Source: an uncultured Candidatus Binatia bacterium
GTDB taxonomy: Bacteria; Desulfobacterota; Binatia; Binatales; Binataceae
Direction of reading: 5' to 3'
Assembly (NCBI GenBank): GCA_964429575.1
Contig: CAYSCX010000013.1
Coordinates: forward strand, 588 to 64,587
Length of the DNA stretch: 64,000 bases
Part shown: in pieces, positions 39,169 through 50,654 of the stretch
Layout of the letters: every line of letters starts with the position of its first letter
Numbering within the stretch: the stretch's first letter is position 1
The notes under the pieces: generated by a model
What the model was told of the DNA's origin: nothing
Database searches by the model: none
What the model saw: the letters and a program-made list of their open reading frames with translations, nothing else
Position numbers and translations under genes: made by a program

Positions 39169-39678
39169 CTACCGGTACTTCTCCAGCGCGGCCCCTGACA
39201 GTTCCCAAGTAGGCTCGCCGAACTCCGCGGTGACCTTGCCGGTGTTGCGAAAACCGAGACTCGCGTAGAGCGCGGCGGCGCCGGTGTTCGCTCGAAAACA
39301 TGTCAACTGAATCGCCCGGCAATTCGGGAAGCGCGCGAGCATCATCCGAATCGTTACGAGCATCGCGGCGCGCCCGTAGCCTTTCCCCTGCCCGGCAGCA
39401 TCGATGAGAATGTCATCGACCCAGTAATTGTTGGCGCTCTTCGGATCGCCGAAGAAGGCAACGTAGCCGACCACGCGGTCGCCGTCGGATATTACGAACG
39501 GCGCGTATTCGTACTCGTCGCCGTAACGTTTGACGTAGCAGCCTGCCAGAGACAGCAGCGGCGGCGCAACAAACGTCTCCTGCTCCGGGCGTGTGCGAAG
39601 CTGGATCATCGGTTTCCAGTTCGACCGATCGACCGGCTTGAGCGTCACCTTCACGTCGTGCTTTACCGTCGCCATCAC
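39169..39678 (-). CDS. GNAT-family N-acetyltransferase.
   Basis: The acetyl-CoA binding motif (QGKGYGRAAM…ASLGF) is present. It lies 4 bp downstream of the vWA gene, so the two are probably co-transcribed. Confidence 0.8.
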   Translation of the reverse strand: MMATVKHDVKVTLKPVDRSNWKPMIQLRTRPEQETFVAPPLLSLAGCYVKRYGDEYEYAPFVISDGDRVVGYVAFFGDPKSANNYWVDDILIDAAGQGKGYGRAAMLVTIRMMLARFPNCRAIQLTCFRANTGAAALYASLGFRNTGKVTAEFGEPTWELSGAALEKYR

Positions 39679-39682
39679 GCAC

Positions 39683-41266
39683 CTACACGCTCAGGAAAAT
39701 CTCTCTCGCACCTTCATCGGTCAGCCTCTTCAGCGAAGTGACCCGGTCGCTCAGCTTCGCGAGCGTGGATAGCTCGCTCGAGCCGACGTCGATCAGCACG
39801 CCGAAAATCGCGAACTCCAGCTCGTCCTTCGCTTCTTCCAGCTTTCGAAGCCACTCATCGCTGACTTGGCACTCGCCGTCGGTGATGACCACGATGTCGC
39901 CGCGCTTCAGTTTCTTTTCGTTCAAAAGATCCACCGCCGCGTCGATGGGCGCTTCAAATTCGGTGCCGCCGCCTGGAAAATACTCCGCCATCTCCAGGAC
40001 TTTGGAGAGTTCCGGCTGATAACGGCGCTCGCGGTTGAGGTCGAGCACCTTGAGCGTTCCTTCGCCCGACGAAAACATCACGGCGCGGAACAGTCTTCGT
40101 TGCCGCCGCGCGATGTCCATCAATGTCAGCGCGACTGCCTTCGACCACAGCTCCTTCTCGCCCTGCATCGACGAGCTTACGTCAATGCAGACGACCATCG
40201 GCCCCTTTCCCTTTTGCTCGTCCTCGCGAAGCCGGTACTGCAGCAGCGAACCCTCCAACAGCCGCCGCCCGAAGTCGTGTCGCAGCGCCGGATGATGCAT
40301 CGAGACCAACTCCGCAGGTATCAGCCGCCCGATTTCGGAGCCACGTTCGACGTCGTACGCTTCCGCGACGCCACGATCGAGCGTCCGCCGCCGCAGCGCA
40401 CGCGCATCGTGCTTGAATCTGCCAACCAGCCGCGCAAGTTCGCCGAGCTTGCGGTTGCGCGCGAGCCTCTTCCCCAATTCCAATCGCTCGCCAGCGGGCA
40501 AACGTCCGCCTTGGCCAAATTCGCGGCTGAAGTCGTGGCTGTCTTGCGCGACGCGATCGATCTCAGAGGCCATCTCGATGCTCTTGAGCTGCATGCGTTT
40601 CAGCTCTGAGAGGTCCGCGTTGCGGATTTCCGTCTCGACGCGCCGAGACTTCTGATTCAGCCGCGCTTCTGACACATCGGCAGCGCGCTTCGCTGCGTCG
40701 GCGAGTTCATCGACCTTTCTTTTGAACTCCTCGTCGCCTTCCCCACGTTGCTCTTCCTTCAGCTCTTCCGCATTCTTGAGCGCGGCGGCGCGGGTCGCGA
40801 GATCGTCTTCCTGGTGCGCAAGGTCCCACAGATCGAGCAGCTCGTTTCGGTTGAGTAGCTTCTCAGCGCGAATCATTTCGCGGATCTGCTCGGCCAGCAC
40901 GATAGCCGCAATCGCCGCCTTGTCTTCCTCGAGCTGCGTACGCTGTTTCAGCGCTTCGAACGCTGGTGTGGGGATGAGCTGCTCCAGCACGACTCGGTTG
41001 AGCACCGTCGCGCGCCGTACGTCATCGGGTTTGAGCCAGACGATGTTCATTTTGAACAGTGCGAGGAACAGGTCCTGCAACAGCGCGTCGAAGTGCGGCG
41101 CGAGCGTCGAGCCCGACTCGATCAATTCGCCGATCGACGCCGACGAAGCGGTGACTTCGTTCCAGACCCGCCGGTCGTAGCTGTCCGCTTCGAGCCACGC
41201 CGCTCCTTTCGGAACGGCCGGCACGTACACTGCGCGTGGCTTGACGGTGCGGGTCTTGCGCGCCAT
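39683..41266 (-). CDS. ViaA/YieM-like protein: an N-terminal coiled-coil region and a C-terminal von Willebrand factor A domain with a MIDAS motif.
   Basis: The C-terminus aligns block by block with E. coli ViaA: FGRRLLEGSLLQYRL, GPMVVCIDVSSSM (DxSxS), FRAVMFS, GGTEF and IVVITDG. No RavA/MoxR AAA+ gene is adjacent. Confidence 0.75.
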   Translation of the reverse strand: MARKTRTVKPRAVYVPAVPKGAAWLEADSYDRRVWNEVTASSASIGELIESGSTLAPHFDALLQDLFLALFKMNIVWLKPDDVRRATVLNRVVLEQLIPTPAFEALKQRTQLEEDKAAIAAIVLAEQIREMIRAEKLLNRNELLDLWDLAHQEDDLATRAAALKNAEELKEEQRGEGDEEFKRKVDELADAAKRAADVSEARLNQKSRRVETEIRNADLSELKRMQLKSIEMASEIDRVAQDSHDFSREFGQGGRLPAGERLELGKRLARNRKLGELARLVGRFKHDARALRRRTLDRGVAEAYDVERGSEIGRLIPAELVSMHHPALRHDFGRRLLEGSLLQYRLREDEQKGKGPMVVCIDVSSSMQGEKELWSKAVALTLMDIARRQRRLFRAVMFSSGEGTLKVLDLNRERRYQPELSKVLEMAEYFPGGGTEFEAPIDAAVDLLNEKKLKRGDIVVITDGECQVSDEWLRKLEEAKDELEFAIFGVLIDVGSSELSTLAKLSDRVTSLKRLTDEGAREIFLSV

Positions 41267-41307
41267 GTGAGATCGAGCTTAGCGGACGCTCGCGCGGGTC
41301 GCCATTG

Positions 41308-41347
41308 TCAAGCGGCGCGTATGGATGCCGCCTCAATTGCCGCTTGA
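41308..41347. promoter_or_regulatory. Perfect 9-bp inverted repeat (TCAAGCGGC-N22-GCCGCTTGA) upstream of hrcA. No canonical CIRCE is present.
   Basis: The repeat was read directly, about 90 bp upstream of the hrcA ATG. Confidence 0.3.
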
Positions 41348-41434
41348 ACGGGAGCTACGCGGGGGTAGAGAATTGAATCAATCGGTCGCCCGGATGATCT
41401 CACCTCGCCAGGCGGCTGCGGCTGACGGGCCCCT

Positions 41435-42487
41435 TTGATGAGCGGCGAAGGCGACAAATCGCAACTCCAAAATCGGCGCCGCGCGCTTCTGCTCGCGACG
41501 GTGCAGGAATTCATCGCGACGGCGCAGCCGGTCGGTTCGCATCAGCTGGTCGCACACCACACTTTGGGCGTACGCGCCGCGATGGTCCGCAACCTGATGT
41601 CGGAGCTCGAGCAGGCCGGCTACCTTGAACAGCCGCACACCTCTGCGGGACGCGTTCCGACGGAGAAAGCGTTTCGCTACTACGTGGACAGTCTGACGAC
41701 CGCGCGGCGCATCGGATTCGAGGATCGCACGCAAATCGAGCTGCACTACTCCGAGCGCGCGCGCGACCCCGAGGAGATCATTCGCGATACGCCGCGGCTG
41801 CTCGCGCTACTTACCGGGCAGGCCGCGATGCTGATGACCCCGCGGCTGGGCGACGTGATGCTCGAGCGCGTCAACTTCGTGCGGCTCCGCGAGCGGACGG
41901 TGCTCGCGGTCTTCGTCGCGCAGGCGGGCAGCGCGCAGTCGCGCATCATTGAGACCGACGCCGATCACACCCAGGACGAGCTCGACCGGATGGCGCGCTA
42001 CCTCAACGATTCGCTGCAGGGGCGCACGCTCGACGAGGCGAGAAGGTGGATCGAGCGGCAACTCAAGGAGGAGCGCGCGTCGTACGACCACTTCATGCAC
42101 GCGGCCCTTACTCTCGGTGAAAGCGTCGCGGAGCATGCCGCGGGCCACGCGCAGATCTTCGTCGATGGAAGCGTCCGCGCCCTTGAGCAGCCCGAGTTTG
42201 AGGACCGCGAAAAGATGTGCGAGCTGTTGCGCGCGCTCGATGACAAGACCGCATTGCTCGAGCTGCTCGAGCGAAGCTTGCGCCACGCTGGCGTGACGGT
42301 CTCGATTGGTTCCGAGAATTACGACCCGCGTCTCGCCGGATTCAGCGTCGTCGCCGCGTCCTACGACCGCGGCTCGACTCCGCTTGGAAGCCTCGCCGTG
42401 GTCGGACCGGTGCGCATGGACTACGACCGCGTGATTCCGCTGATCCATTACACCGCGCGCACGCTTTCGCGTCTGCTGGACCACTGA
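41435..42487 (+). CDS. hrcA: Heat-inducible transcriptional repressor HrcA.
   Basis: It has a winged-helix N-terminus (LLLATVQEFIATAQPVGSHQL) and the HrcA C-terminal domain. It lies upstream of grpE-dnaK-dnaJ. Confidence 0.9.
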   Translation: MMSGEGDKSQLQNRRRALLLATVQEFIATAQPVGSHQLVAHHTLGVRAAMVRNLMSELEQAGYLEQPHTSAGRVPTEKAFRYYVDSLTTARRIGFEDRTQIELHYSERARDPEEIIRDTPRLLALLTGQAAMLMTPRLGDVMLERVNFVRLRERTVLAVFVAQAGSAQSRIIETDADHTQDELDRMARYLNDSLQGRTLDEARRWIERQLKEERASYDHFMHAALTLGESVAEHAAGHAQIFVDGSVRALEQPEFEDREKMCELLRALDDKTALLELLERSLRHAGVTVSIGSENYDPRLAGFSVVAASYDRGSTPLGSLAVVGPVRMDYDRVIPLIHYTARTLSRLLDH

Positions 42488-42616
42488 AGGAGGCGACGGA
42501 CGCCGCTGCGGTTCTCTGCCATCGGCGCCGCACCCGGCTGTCAAACGCTATTTCACGAATCCACTGGCATATCTTGAGATAGTGGTTAGCTTGACCTCTG
42601 TGAGCTTGGTGTACTC

Positions 42617-43258
42617 ATGAGCCGAAAGCATCGAGACGCGGACGCGAGCTTCGACGGGCAACCAATCGGAGGGGAACCGCAGACAGCCGGCGCCCGCGAG
42701 ACCGCGCCCGCGGAGGATCGAACCGGCGGTGGCGGCGCCCTGAGCGCGAAACTGGCGGAAACGGAAAAAGAACTGGCGGAACTCAAGGACAAGTATCTTC
42801 GCGCGCTCGCCGAATCCGAGAATGTGCGCAAACGCATCCGCCATCAGAGCGAGGAAAACATTCGGCTTCAGAGCGAGGCGATGCTCCGCGATCTACTGCC
42901 GATCGTCGACAACCTCGAACGCGCCGTCGATGCCGCCCGTGACGGCGGCAACGGAAAGCCAATCGTCGAGGGCGTTGAGATGGTGCTCCACTCCATGCGC
43001 GAGTTCCTGCGTAGCCACGGCGTTACGCCGCTGACCGCAGTGGGCGAGCCGTTTGATCCCGCGCGCCATGAGGCTATCGACACGGTGCACAGCGATGTTC
43101 ATCCGCCGAACACCGTCGTCGATGAGATGCATCGCGGCTACCAGATCGGTGAGCGAATTTTGAGACCCGCTCGCGTGACAGTCTCGCGCGCGCTACTTGG
43201 CCCTTCGGGGCAGCGAACCGACGGCGAAGATGGCGGCTCAGACGTTGATAATGACTGA
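42617..43258 (+). CDS. grpE: Nucleotide exchange factor GrpE.
   Basis: It has a coiled-coil region (ELAELKDKYLRALAESENVRKR) and the GrpE beta-domain. Confidence 0.9.
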   Translation: MSRKHRDADASFDGQPIGGEPQTAGARETAPAEDRTGGGGALSAKLAETEKELAELKDKYLRALAESENVRKRIRHQSEENIRLQSEAMLRDLLPIVDNLERAVDAARDGGNGKPIVEGVEMVLHSMREFLRSHGVTPLTAVGEPFDPARHEAIDTVHSDVHPPNTVVDEMHRGYQIGERILRPARVTVSRALLGPSGQRTDGEDGGSDVDND

Positions 43259-43296
43259 TTTGTGCTTATCTATAATTTCAGAGGATTGAGAGAGAA

Positions 43297-45225
<1,929 letters not shown>

Positions 45226-45280
45226 CGGCCCGCGCGGCGGGCAAAACGCGCGCAAGTAGCGGCGCGTGCATAACAAACCA

Positions 45281-45313
45281 GACGGCGGATGCCACCAAAT
45301 GGCATCCGCCGTC
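45281..45313 (+). promoter_or_regulatory. Perfect 14-bp stem with a 5-nt loop (GACGGCGGATGCCA-ccaaa-TGGCATCCGCCGTC) in the dnaK-dnaJ intergenic region.
   Basis: The sequence was read directly. It has no U-tract, so it is more likely an intra-operon attenuator or processing structure than a terminator. Confidence 0.5.
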
Positions 45314-45334
45314 CGTCTTGGGTAGGATGGCTGC

Positions 45335-46471
45335 TTGATGGCGGCGGCGCGCAAACGTGACTACTACGAGGTTCTCGGCGTCGGCTCCAGCGCCGGCGAG
45401 GACGAACTAAAGCGCGCGTATCGCAAGCTCGCCGTTCAGTCGCATCCCGATCGCAACCCCGGCGACAAGCACGCCGAGGAGCGCTTCAAGGAAATCAACG
45501 AGGCGTACCAGGTTCTCTCGGACTCAGATAAGCGCGCGCAGTACGACCGCTTCGGCCACGCCGCCTTCCAAGGCCCCGCTGCAGCGGGCGGTTTCGGCGG
45601 CTTCGACTTCACCCAGGGCTTCGAGGAAGTCTTCTCCGACATCTTCGGCGACTTCTTCGGCACCGGCCGCGGTCGGTCGCGCGCGCGCTCGGGGCGCGGC
45701 GACGACTTGCGCTACGACCTAGAGGTCGAATTCGAGGAAGCCGCGCGCGGCGCGGAGAAGGTCGTCCGCTTCCAACGTCTTGCGCAGTGCGAGGCGTGCG
45801 GCGGAGCGCGTGCGCGGGGCGGCTCGACCGGCGTCCGCACCTGCCCCAACTGCCGCGGCACCGGACAGGTGCGAACCCAACAGGGCTTCTTCTCGATTTC
45901 GACCACCTGCGGCCAATGCCGAGGCGAAGGTTCGATCATCGCCGACCCGTGCCCGAAGTGTCAGGGGCAGGGCAGGGTGCGCAAGCAGGAAGCGCTCTCA
46001 GTGTGCGTTCCGCCCGGCGTCGACAACGGCAGCCGCCTCAAGCTCCGCGGCGAAGGCGAGGCGGGCTACGGCGGTGGCGTCGCCGGCGACTTGTACGTCG
46101 TCATTCATGTAAAGGAGCACCCGCTCTTTGTCCGCCAGGACAACGACATCGTGATCGAAGTGCCGGTCAGCTTCCCACAGGCGTCGCTCGGCTGTGAAAT
46201 TGACGTGCCGACGCTCGAGGGCAAGGTGAAGCTCAAGATTCCCGCCGGCACCCAATCGGGCAAAGTCTTCAGGTTGAAGGCCAAGGGCTTCGCCGACCTC
46301 CACGGTTACGGACGCGGCGATCAACTGGTCAGACTTGCGGTCGAGACGCCGCGCCATCTCTCGGCCGAGCAGCGCAAGCTGCTCGAAGAATTCGCCAAGG
46401 CCTCGGGCGAGGACGTCAATCACCCGATGACTAGCGGCTTCATGGACAAGATCAAGCAGATGTTCGGCTAG
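45335..46471 (+). CDS. dnaJ: Chaperone DnaJ, with a J domain, G/F region, four CxxCxGxG Zn-finger repeats and a C-terminal domain.
   Basis: It has the HPD motif ([11 protein letters not shown]) and the Zn-finger repeats [22 protein letters not shown] and CPKCQGQG. Confidence 0.95.
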   Translation: MMAAARKRDYYEVLGVGSSAGEDELKRAYRKLAVQSHPDRNPGDKHAEERFKEINEAYQVLSDSDKRAQYDRFGHAAFQGPAAAGGFGGFDFTQGFEEVFSDIFGDFFGTGRGRSRARSGRGDDLRYDLEVEFEEAARGAEKVVRFQRLAQCEACGGARARGGSTGVRTCPNCRGTGQVRTQQGFFSISTTCGQCRGEGSIIADPCPKCQGQGRVRKQEALSVCVPPGVDNGSRLKLRGEGEAGYGGGVAGDLYVVIHVKEHPLFVRQDNDIVIEVPVSFPQASLGCEIDVPTLEGKVKLKIPAGTQSGKVFRLKAKGFADLHGYGRGDQLVRLAVETPRHLSAEQRKLLEEFAKASGEDVNHPMTSGFMDKIKQMFG

Positions 46472-46508
46472 GCGCGCAGCTCGCGACGCCTTGATTTCGT
46501 ACTGCTTC

Positions 46509-47351
46509 TTAGCGGCGCTTGAGCTGCCATATGAGCGCCAAAGGCACTCCGGCGATCGCAGCGCGGAACGCTTTAGGAGCCAGATCCACGATTCCGGTCA
46601 TCGCGATCTCGTTGTCGCTCCACTTGGTCGCGACGCAACCGGCAATGTCGAGCCCGCAGCTTAAGAACGCGGCGACGTAGTCAGCGATTCCATGGGTGTA
46701 GGAGCGGACGATCCCTCTGGCGCCGTCTGCGCGGCGAAAGAACGCGCCGCCGCCCAAAACGGCGTTCATCGGATGAAACACTGACACGATGACGGAGCCG
46801 CCACGTCGCACGACTCGGCTCAGTTCCCGGGCCGGCGTTGCGAGATCGGCGCAATGATCGAGAGCGAGCGCGCATACTGCCACGTCGAAACTTTCCGTTC
46901 GAAGCGGCAGGGACTTCAAATCTCCCGTGAAAAACTGCGCCTTTGGGACTTTCTCATGGGCGCGCACAAGCATCGGCGTGGACGCATCGACTCCGACCGT
47001 GTCGAACCCGCGTGCGCACAAGTAATCCGCGTGGCGTCCGGTGCCGCATGCGGCGTCGAGCGCACAGCCGAGCGGCAGCGCGTCGATCATGGATCTCACG
47101 ATCGGTTCTTCCGTTGTGATCAACGGATTGAAACGGTCGTCATAGGTCGCCGACCATTCGCGATATCCGCTCGCAACCTCGTACTCCATCAGCTCGACCG
47201 CATCGTTCAACGGGTTGCTGTCCATCGAATTTGCGAACTGAACGAGTTCGCGCGCGTGGGGATCGGCGATGTCCGCGCCGCGGAGCCAAGTGCGCAGAAC
47301 CGCCATGCCTTGAATTCCGAGCGCGTACTGGAGGAGGCGGACTTTTGGCAT
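46509..47351 (-). CDS. Class I SAM-dependent methyltransferase, starting at the internal MPKVRLL….
   Basis: It has SAM-binding motif I (LDAACGTGRHADYL) and a type-11 methyltransferase fold. The Arg-rich N-terminal extension in the track is probably spurious. Confidence 0.75.
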   Translation of the reverse strand: MPKVRLLQYALGIQGMAVLRTWLRGADIADPHARELVQFANSMDSNPLNDAVELMEYEVASGYREWSATYDDRFNPLITTEEPIVRSMIDALPLGCALDAACGTGRHADYLCARGFDTVGVDASTPMLVRAHEKVPKAQFFTGDLKSLPLRTESFDVAVCALALDHCADLATPARELSRVVRRGGSVIVSVFHPMNAVLGGGAFFRRADGARGIVRSYTHGIADYVAAFLSCGLDIAGCVATKWSDNEIAMTGIVDLAPKAFRAAIAGVPLALIWQLKRR

Positions 47352-47365
47352 CAACCTGCCTCGAT

Positions 47366-48280
47366 TCAAACCAATCGGCGTCCCAGTGCCCGCGACAGCG
47401 CTGCTTGCATCACACCTCGCGGCGGCGCGACTCCGTTGAAGAGCCGGAACGCGAGCTCGCCCTGCGCGACCAGCATCCCCGCGCCGTCGGCGCATCGGCG
47501 CGCGGATTTGCGCGCGAGTCGGACCAGTGGCGTCGGCGTTTTCGAATAGACAAGGTCATAAAATAGGCAACTGCGCGGGGTGAGTCTGCAATTCAACGGC
47601 GCGAATCTGCGCGTTACCAAGCCCATCGGAGTTGCGTTGATAACGAGCTGCGCACTGGCGAGCACGCGCGCATCTGTCAATGCGTCGAGCCCACGTGCAG
47701 TGATTCGCCCGCCTCCGATGCCGAGCCGCGCAAAACGGCGCGCCAGTGATCGCGCGCGGGCAGTTGTCCGATTCGCGATGACGATCTGTTTCGCCCCCAG
47801 CCGCGCGCATGCAAGCACCGCCGCAGCGCCGCCGCCCCCCGCGCCGATCACCACCGCCACTCGGCTCTGAGCACGCACGCCGAGCCGCCGAAGTTCGCTC
47901 TCCAGACCGCGCGCATCGGTGTTGTCGCCGTAAAGCCGCCCGTTGCGGTTGACGATACAATTCACCGCGCCGAGCATGCGCGCCTCGCTGCTTACGCGCT
48001 TCACGATTGCTGCCGCACGTTCCTTATGCGGCACGGTCAGATTCACACCGATAAGGCCGAGTGCGGGAATCGAGCGGATCGCATCGTCGAGATCGCCGGC
48101 GCGAACGTGCAACGCAACATACAGGCGGTTCATGCCGAGCGCGCGGTACGCCGCGTTATGCATCGCGGGCGAGGCCGAATGCTCGACTGGATCGCCGAAC
48201 ACCGCCGCGACGAGTGTGCGGCCATCGATGGCGCCTTGTTTGGTCATTGCAAGCGGCGAGTGATACTCGTGCGGGCGCAA
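47366..48280 (-). CDS. aroE: Shikimate dehydrogenase.
   Basis: It has the substrate-binding motif (VFGDPVEHSASPAMHN), NRT/D motifs and an NADP-binding region (VIGAGGGGAAAVL). Confidence 0.85.
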   Translation of the reverse strand: MRPHEYHSPLAMTKQGAIDGRTLVAAVFGDPVEHSASPAMHNAAYRALGMNRLYVALHVRAGDLDDAIRSIPALGLIGVNLTVPHKERAAAIVKRVSSEARMLGAVNCIVNRNGRLYGDNTDARGLESELRRLGVRAQSRVAVVIGAGGGGAAAVLACARLGAKQIVIANRTTARARSLARRFARLGIGGGRITARGLDALTDARVLASAQLVINATPMGLVTRRFAPLNCRLTPRSCLFYDLVYSKTPTPLVRLARKSARRCADGAGMLVAQGELAFRLFNGVAPPRGVMQAALSRALGRRLV

Positions 48281-48286
48281 ACGATC

Positions 48287-48859
48287 CTAGCTTGTCGGTT
48301 TGCCGCGCTGATGGACCTGCCATATTTCGTCCGCTGAGAAAAGAAAGCGGTATTGAAGTCCCGCCTTCGCAAATGCCTCCGCACCTCCCTCGCCGCGATC
48401 GGCGAGCGCGATGACGTTCGTCACATTCGCGCCGGCGTCACGCGCTGCGGCCGCCGCATCGAGGCATGATCCTCCACTCGTTACCGTGTCTTCCACGATC
48501 GCTGTCGCGATACCGGCGCGAAACGCGCCCTCGATACGTTGTTGAAGGCCGTGCTGCTTCGTCTCCTTGCGCACGAAGAAGCCTGTCAGTTCGATGTTGC
48601 GCCGGAATGCCGCGGCGAGGATCGCGTCGGTGACGGGAATCGCCGCCGCCGCCATTCCTCCCACCTGCGAAACCCGCGCGTCGCTGACAAAGTCGATCAA
48701 CAACTCGCCGGCCAGGAATGCGCCGCGCGGAAGCATCAGCACGCGGCGGCAGTCGAGATAGTAATTCGATGTGCGCCCGGATGAGAGTGTGACCGTGCGA
48801 TCAAAGCACGACTCGCGTGCGAGAAGTTCCAGCAATTCCTTGCGTTGGCTTGGGTCCAT
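48287..48859 (-). CDS. pyrE: Orotate phosphoribosyltransferase.
   Basis: The PRPP-binding motif (TAIVEDTVTSGGS) is present and the sequence aligns with E. coli PyrE. Confidence 0.9.
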   Translation of the reverse strand: MDPSQRKELLELLARESCFDRTVTLSSGRTSNYYLDCRRVLMLPRGAFLAGELLIDFVSDARVSQVGGMAAAAIPVTDAILAAAFRRNIELTGFFVRKETKQHGLQQRIEGAFRAGIATAIVEDTVTSGGSCLDAAAAARDAGANVTNVIALADRGEGGAEAFAKAGLQYRFLFSADEIWQVHQRGKPTS

Positions 48860-49011
48860 GACTGGCGCAGAATCTTATCGAATGGGGGCAGCCGCACAAG
48901 CGGATGGAACCGCGACAGTTCGTGATCGGTTCACATGGTGGCGGCACGCGATCAGGGTGTACTACACCACAACGAGTCGATCATGGGCGTTCGCGCCCGA
49001 AACGAGGCATA

Positions 49012-50088
49012 GTGACCTCAAGCGAAATAACAGCACCCGTGCTCGCGAGCGCCGCCGGCGCCTTTCCGCCGCATTACGTCGAGCAATCCGAGCTCACCGC
49101 CGCCCTGCGGCAGATGTGGATCCGCCGCAATCGCGACGCTGCCGCGTTCGATCGCATTCAACGCGCCCTCGGCGTCGCCGGTCGCCACATCGCGTTGGAC
49201 ATTAGCAAGTACCAGGCGCTCGATACCTTCGCCAAATCCAATCAAGCGTGGATCGAAGTCGCGCCCGGCGTTGGCGAAGCCGCCGCCCGGATTGCGCTCG
49301 GCCGCGCCGGACTCGCCGGCCGCGACGTCGACCACATCTTCTTCGTCACCGTCACCGGAATCTCGACGCCCAGCATCGACACCCGCATCGCCAGCGCGCT
49401 TGCCATGCGCCGGCATGTGAAGCGCACTCCAATTTTCGGCCTCGGGTGCGCCGCAGGCGCCTCGGCCCTCGCGCGCGCGGCCGACTACGTGCGTGCGTAC
49501 CCCGACGAAATTGCATTGGTGGTGTCGGTGGAGCTCTGCTCGCTGACACTTCAAAGGGACGACCTCTCGATCGCCAACATCATCGCGTCGGGACTGTTCG
49601 GCGATGGCGGCGCAGCGGCGGTCGTCGCCGGCGCGCAACGCCATGGGTTGCGCGGGCCGCGGATCATCGCGACCCGGCCGATTCTCTATCCTGACACCGA
49701 GCGCATCCTCGGCTGGGACATGGTCGAATCAGGATTCAAGATCGTCCTCGCCAGCGAGCTTCCCGAGCTGGTGCGCGCGAACATCGCCCGCGACGTGGAC
49801 GGCCTCCTGGCCGAGCACGGACTCGCACGCTCTGACATCCGCCATTGGATCGCACACACCGGCGGTCCCAAGGTTTTGCGCGCGATGGAGCAGGCGCTCG
49901 CGCTGCCTGAAGGCGCGCTTGCCCGTTCGTGGCGCTCGCTCAGAACGGTCGGCAATCTTTCCTCAGCGTCGGTGCTGTTCATTCTCGCCGAACTGCTCGA
50001 TGAATCATCGGCGGAGGAGGGCGACTACGGGCTGGTCGTTGCGATGGGACCCGGTTTCTCGGTCGAAATGGTCCTCCTGAAGTGGTGA
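49012..50088 (+). CDS. Type III polyketide synthase (chalcone/stilbene-synthase superfamily, SrsA/ArsB-like). A GTG start is preceded by GAGG.
   Basis: The Cys-His-Asn triad contexts are all present (GLGCAAGASAL, IAHTGGPKVL, GNLSSASVLFIL). The product is about 358 aa. Confidence 0.85.
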   Translation: MTSSEITAPVLASAAGAFPPHYVEQSELTAALRQMWIRRNRDAAAFDRIQRALGVAGRHIALDISKYQALDTFAKSNQAWIEVAPGVGEAAARIALGRAGLAGRDVDHIFFVTVTGISTPSIDTRIASALAMRRHVKRTPIFGLGCAAGASALARAADYVRAYPDEIALVVSVELCSLTLQRDDLSIANIIASGLFGDGGAAAVVAGAQRHGLRGPRIIATRPILYPDTERILGWDMVESGFKIVLASELPELVRANIARDVDGLLAEHGLARSDIRHWIAHTGGPKVLRAMEQALALPEGALARSWRSLRTVGNLSSASVLFILAELLDESSAEEGDYGLVVAMGPGFSVEMVLLKW

Positions 50089-50654
50089 TCTCGCTTCGCA
50101 CTTATCTGATCCTGCTCGCAGCCGTCGGGGTGGAGCGCCTCTACGAGCTCACGATCGCGCGCCGCAATGCTCACGTTGCACTCGCGCGCGGCGCTACGGA
50201 GGTTGGGCGAGGTCACTACCGCGTGATGGTGGTGCTCCACGTGCTGTTCCTCTCGTCGTGTGCGGCCGAGGCGCTTACCATCGCGACACTGCCAGCGCCG
50301 ATTGTGCAGTGGAGCGCTGTCGCTGCTGCGTTGCTCGCGCAATTGCTCCGTTACTGGGCGATTTTGACGCTCGGCGATCGCTGGAACACCCGAATCATCG
50401 TTTTCCCCGACTCATCGCCGGTGACGCGCGGTCCTTATCGATTCATCCGCCATCCCAACTACGTCGCAGTCGTCATTGAGATGTTCGCGGTGCCCGCAAT
50501 CGCGGGATGCTGGCTTACCGCCATTCTGTTCTCTCTCGCCAATGCAATTCTTCTTGCGGTACGAATTCGAGCAGAAGAACGCGCGATGGGCCAGAATTAC
50601 TCGCGCGCCTTCTCCGGTCGTTCGCGCTTCATTCCGGGTGTGCGCGGTGCCTGA
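50082..50654 (+). CDS. Isoprenylcysteine carboxyl methyltransferase (ICMT/PEMT)-family membrane methyltransferase (SrsB-like).
   Basis: The 190-aa polytopic protein carries the ICMT C-terminal motif (…RHPNYVAVVIEMF…EERAM). It overlaps the PKS by 7 bp. Confidence 0.8.
   Translation: MVISLRTYLILLAAVGVERLYELTIARRNAHVALARGATEVGRGHYRVMVVLHVLFLSSCAAEALTIATLPAPIVQWSAVAAALLAQLLRYWAILTLGDRWNTRIIVFPDSSPVTRGPYRFIRHPNYVAVVIEMFAVPAIAGCWLTAILFSLANAILLAVRIRAEERAMGQNYSRAFSGRSRFIPGVRGA

Noticed and set aside
41267-43296. I searched for CIRCE (TTAGCACTC-N9-GAGTGCTAA) upstream of hrcA, grpE and dnaK.
   Set aside because: I found no convincing match by eye, only partial TTAGC…GAGCT fragments. I did not annotate a CIRCE, and instead recorded the alternative inverted repeat as a low-confidence finding.
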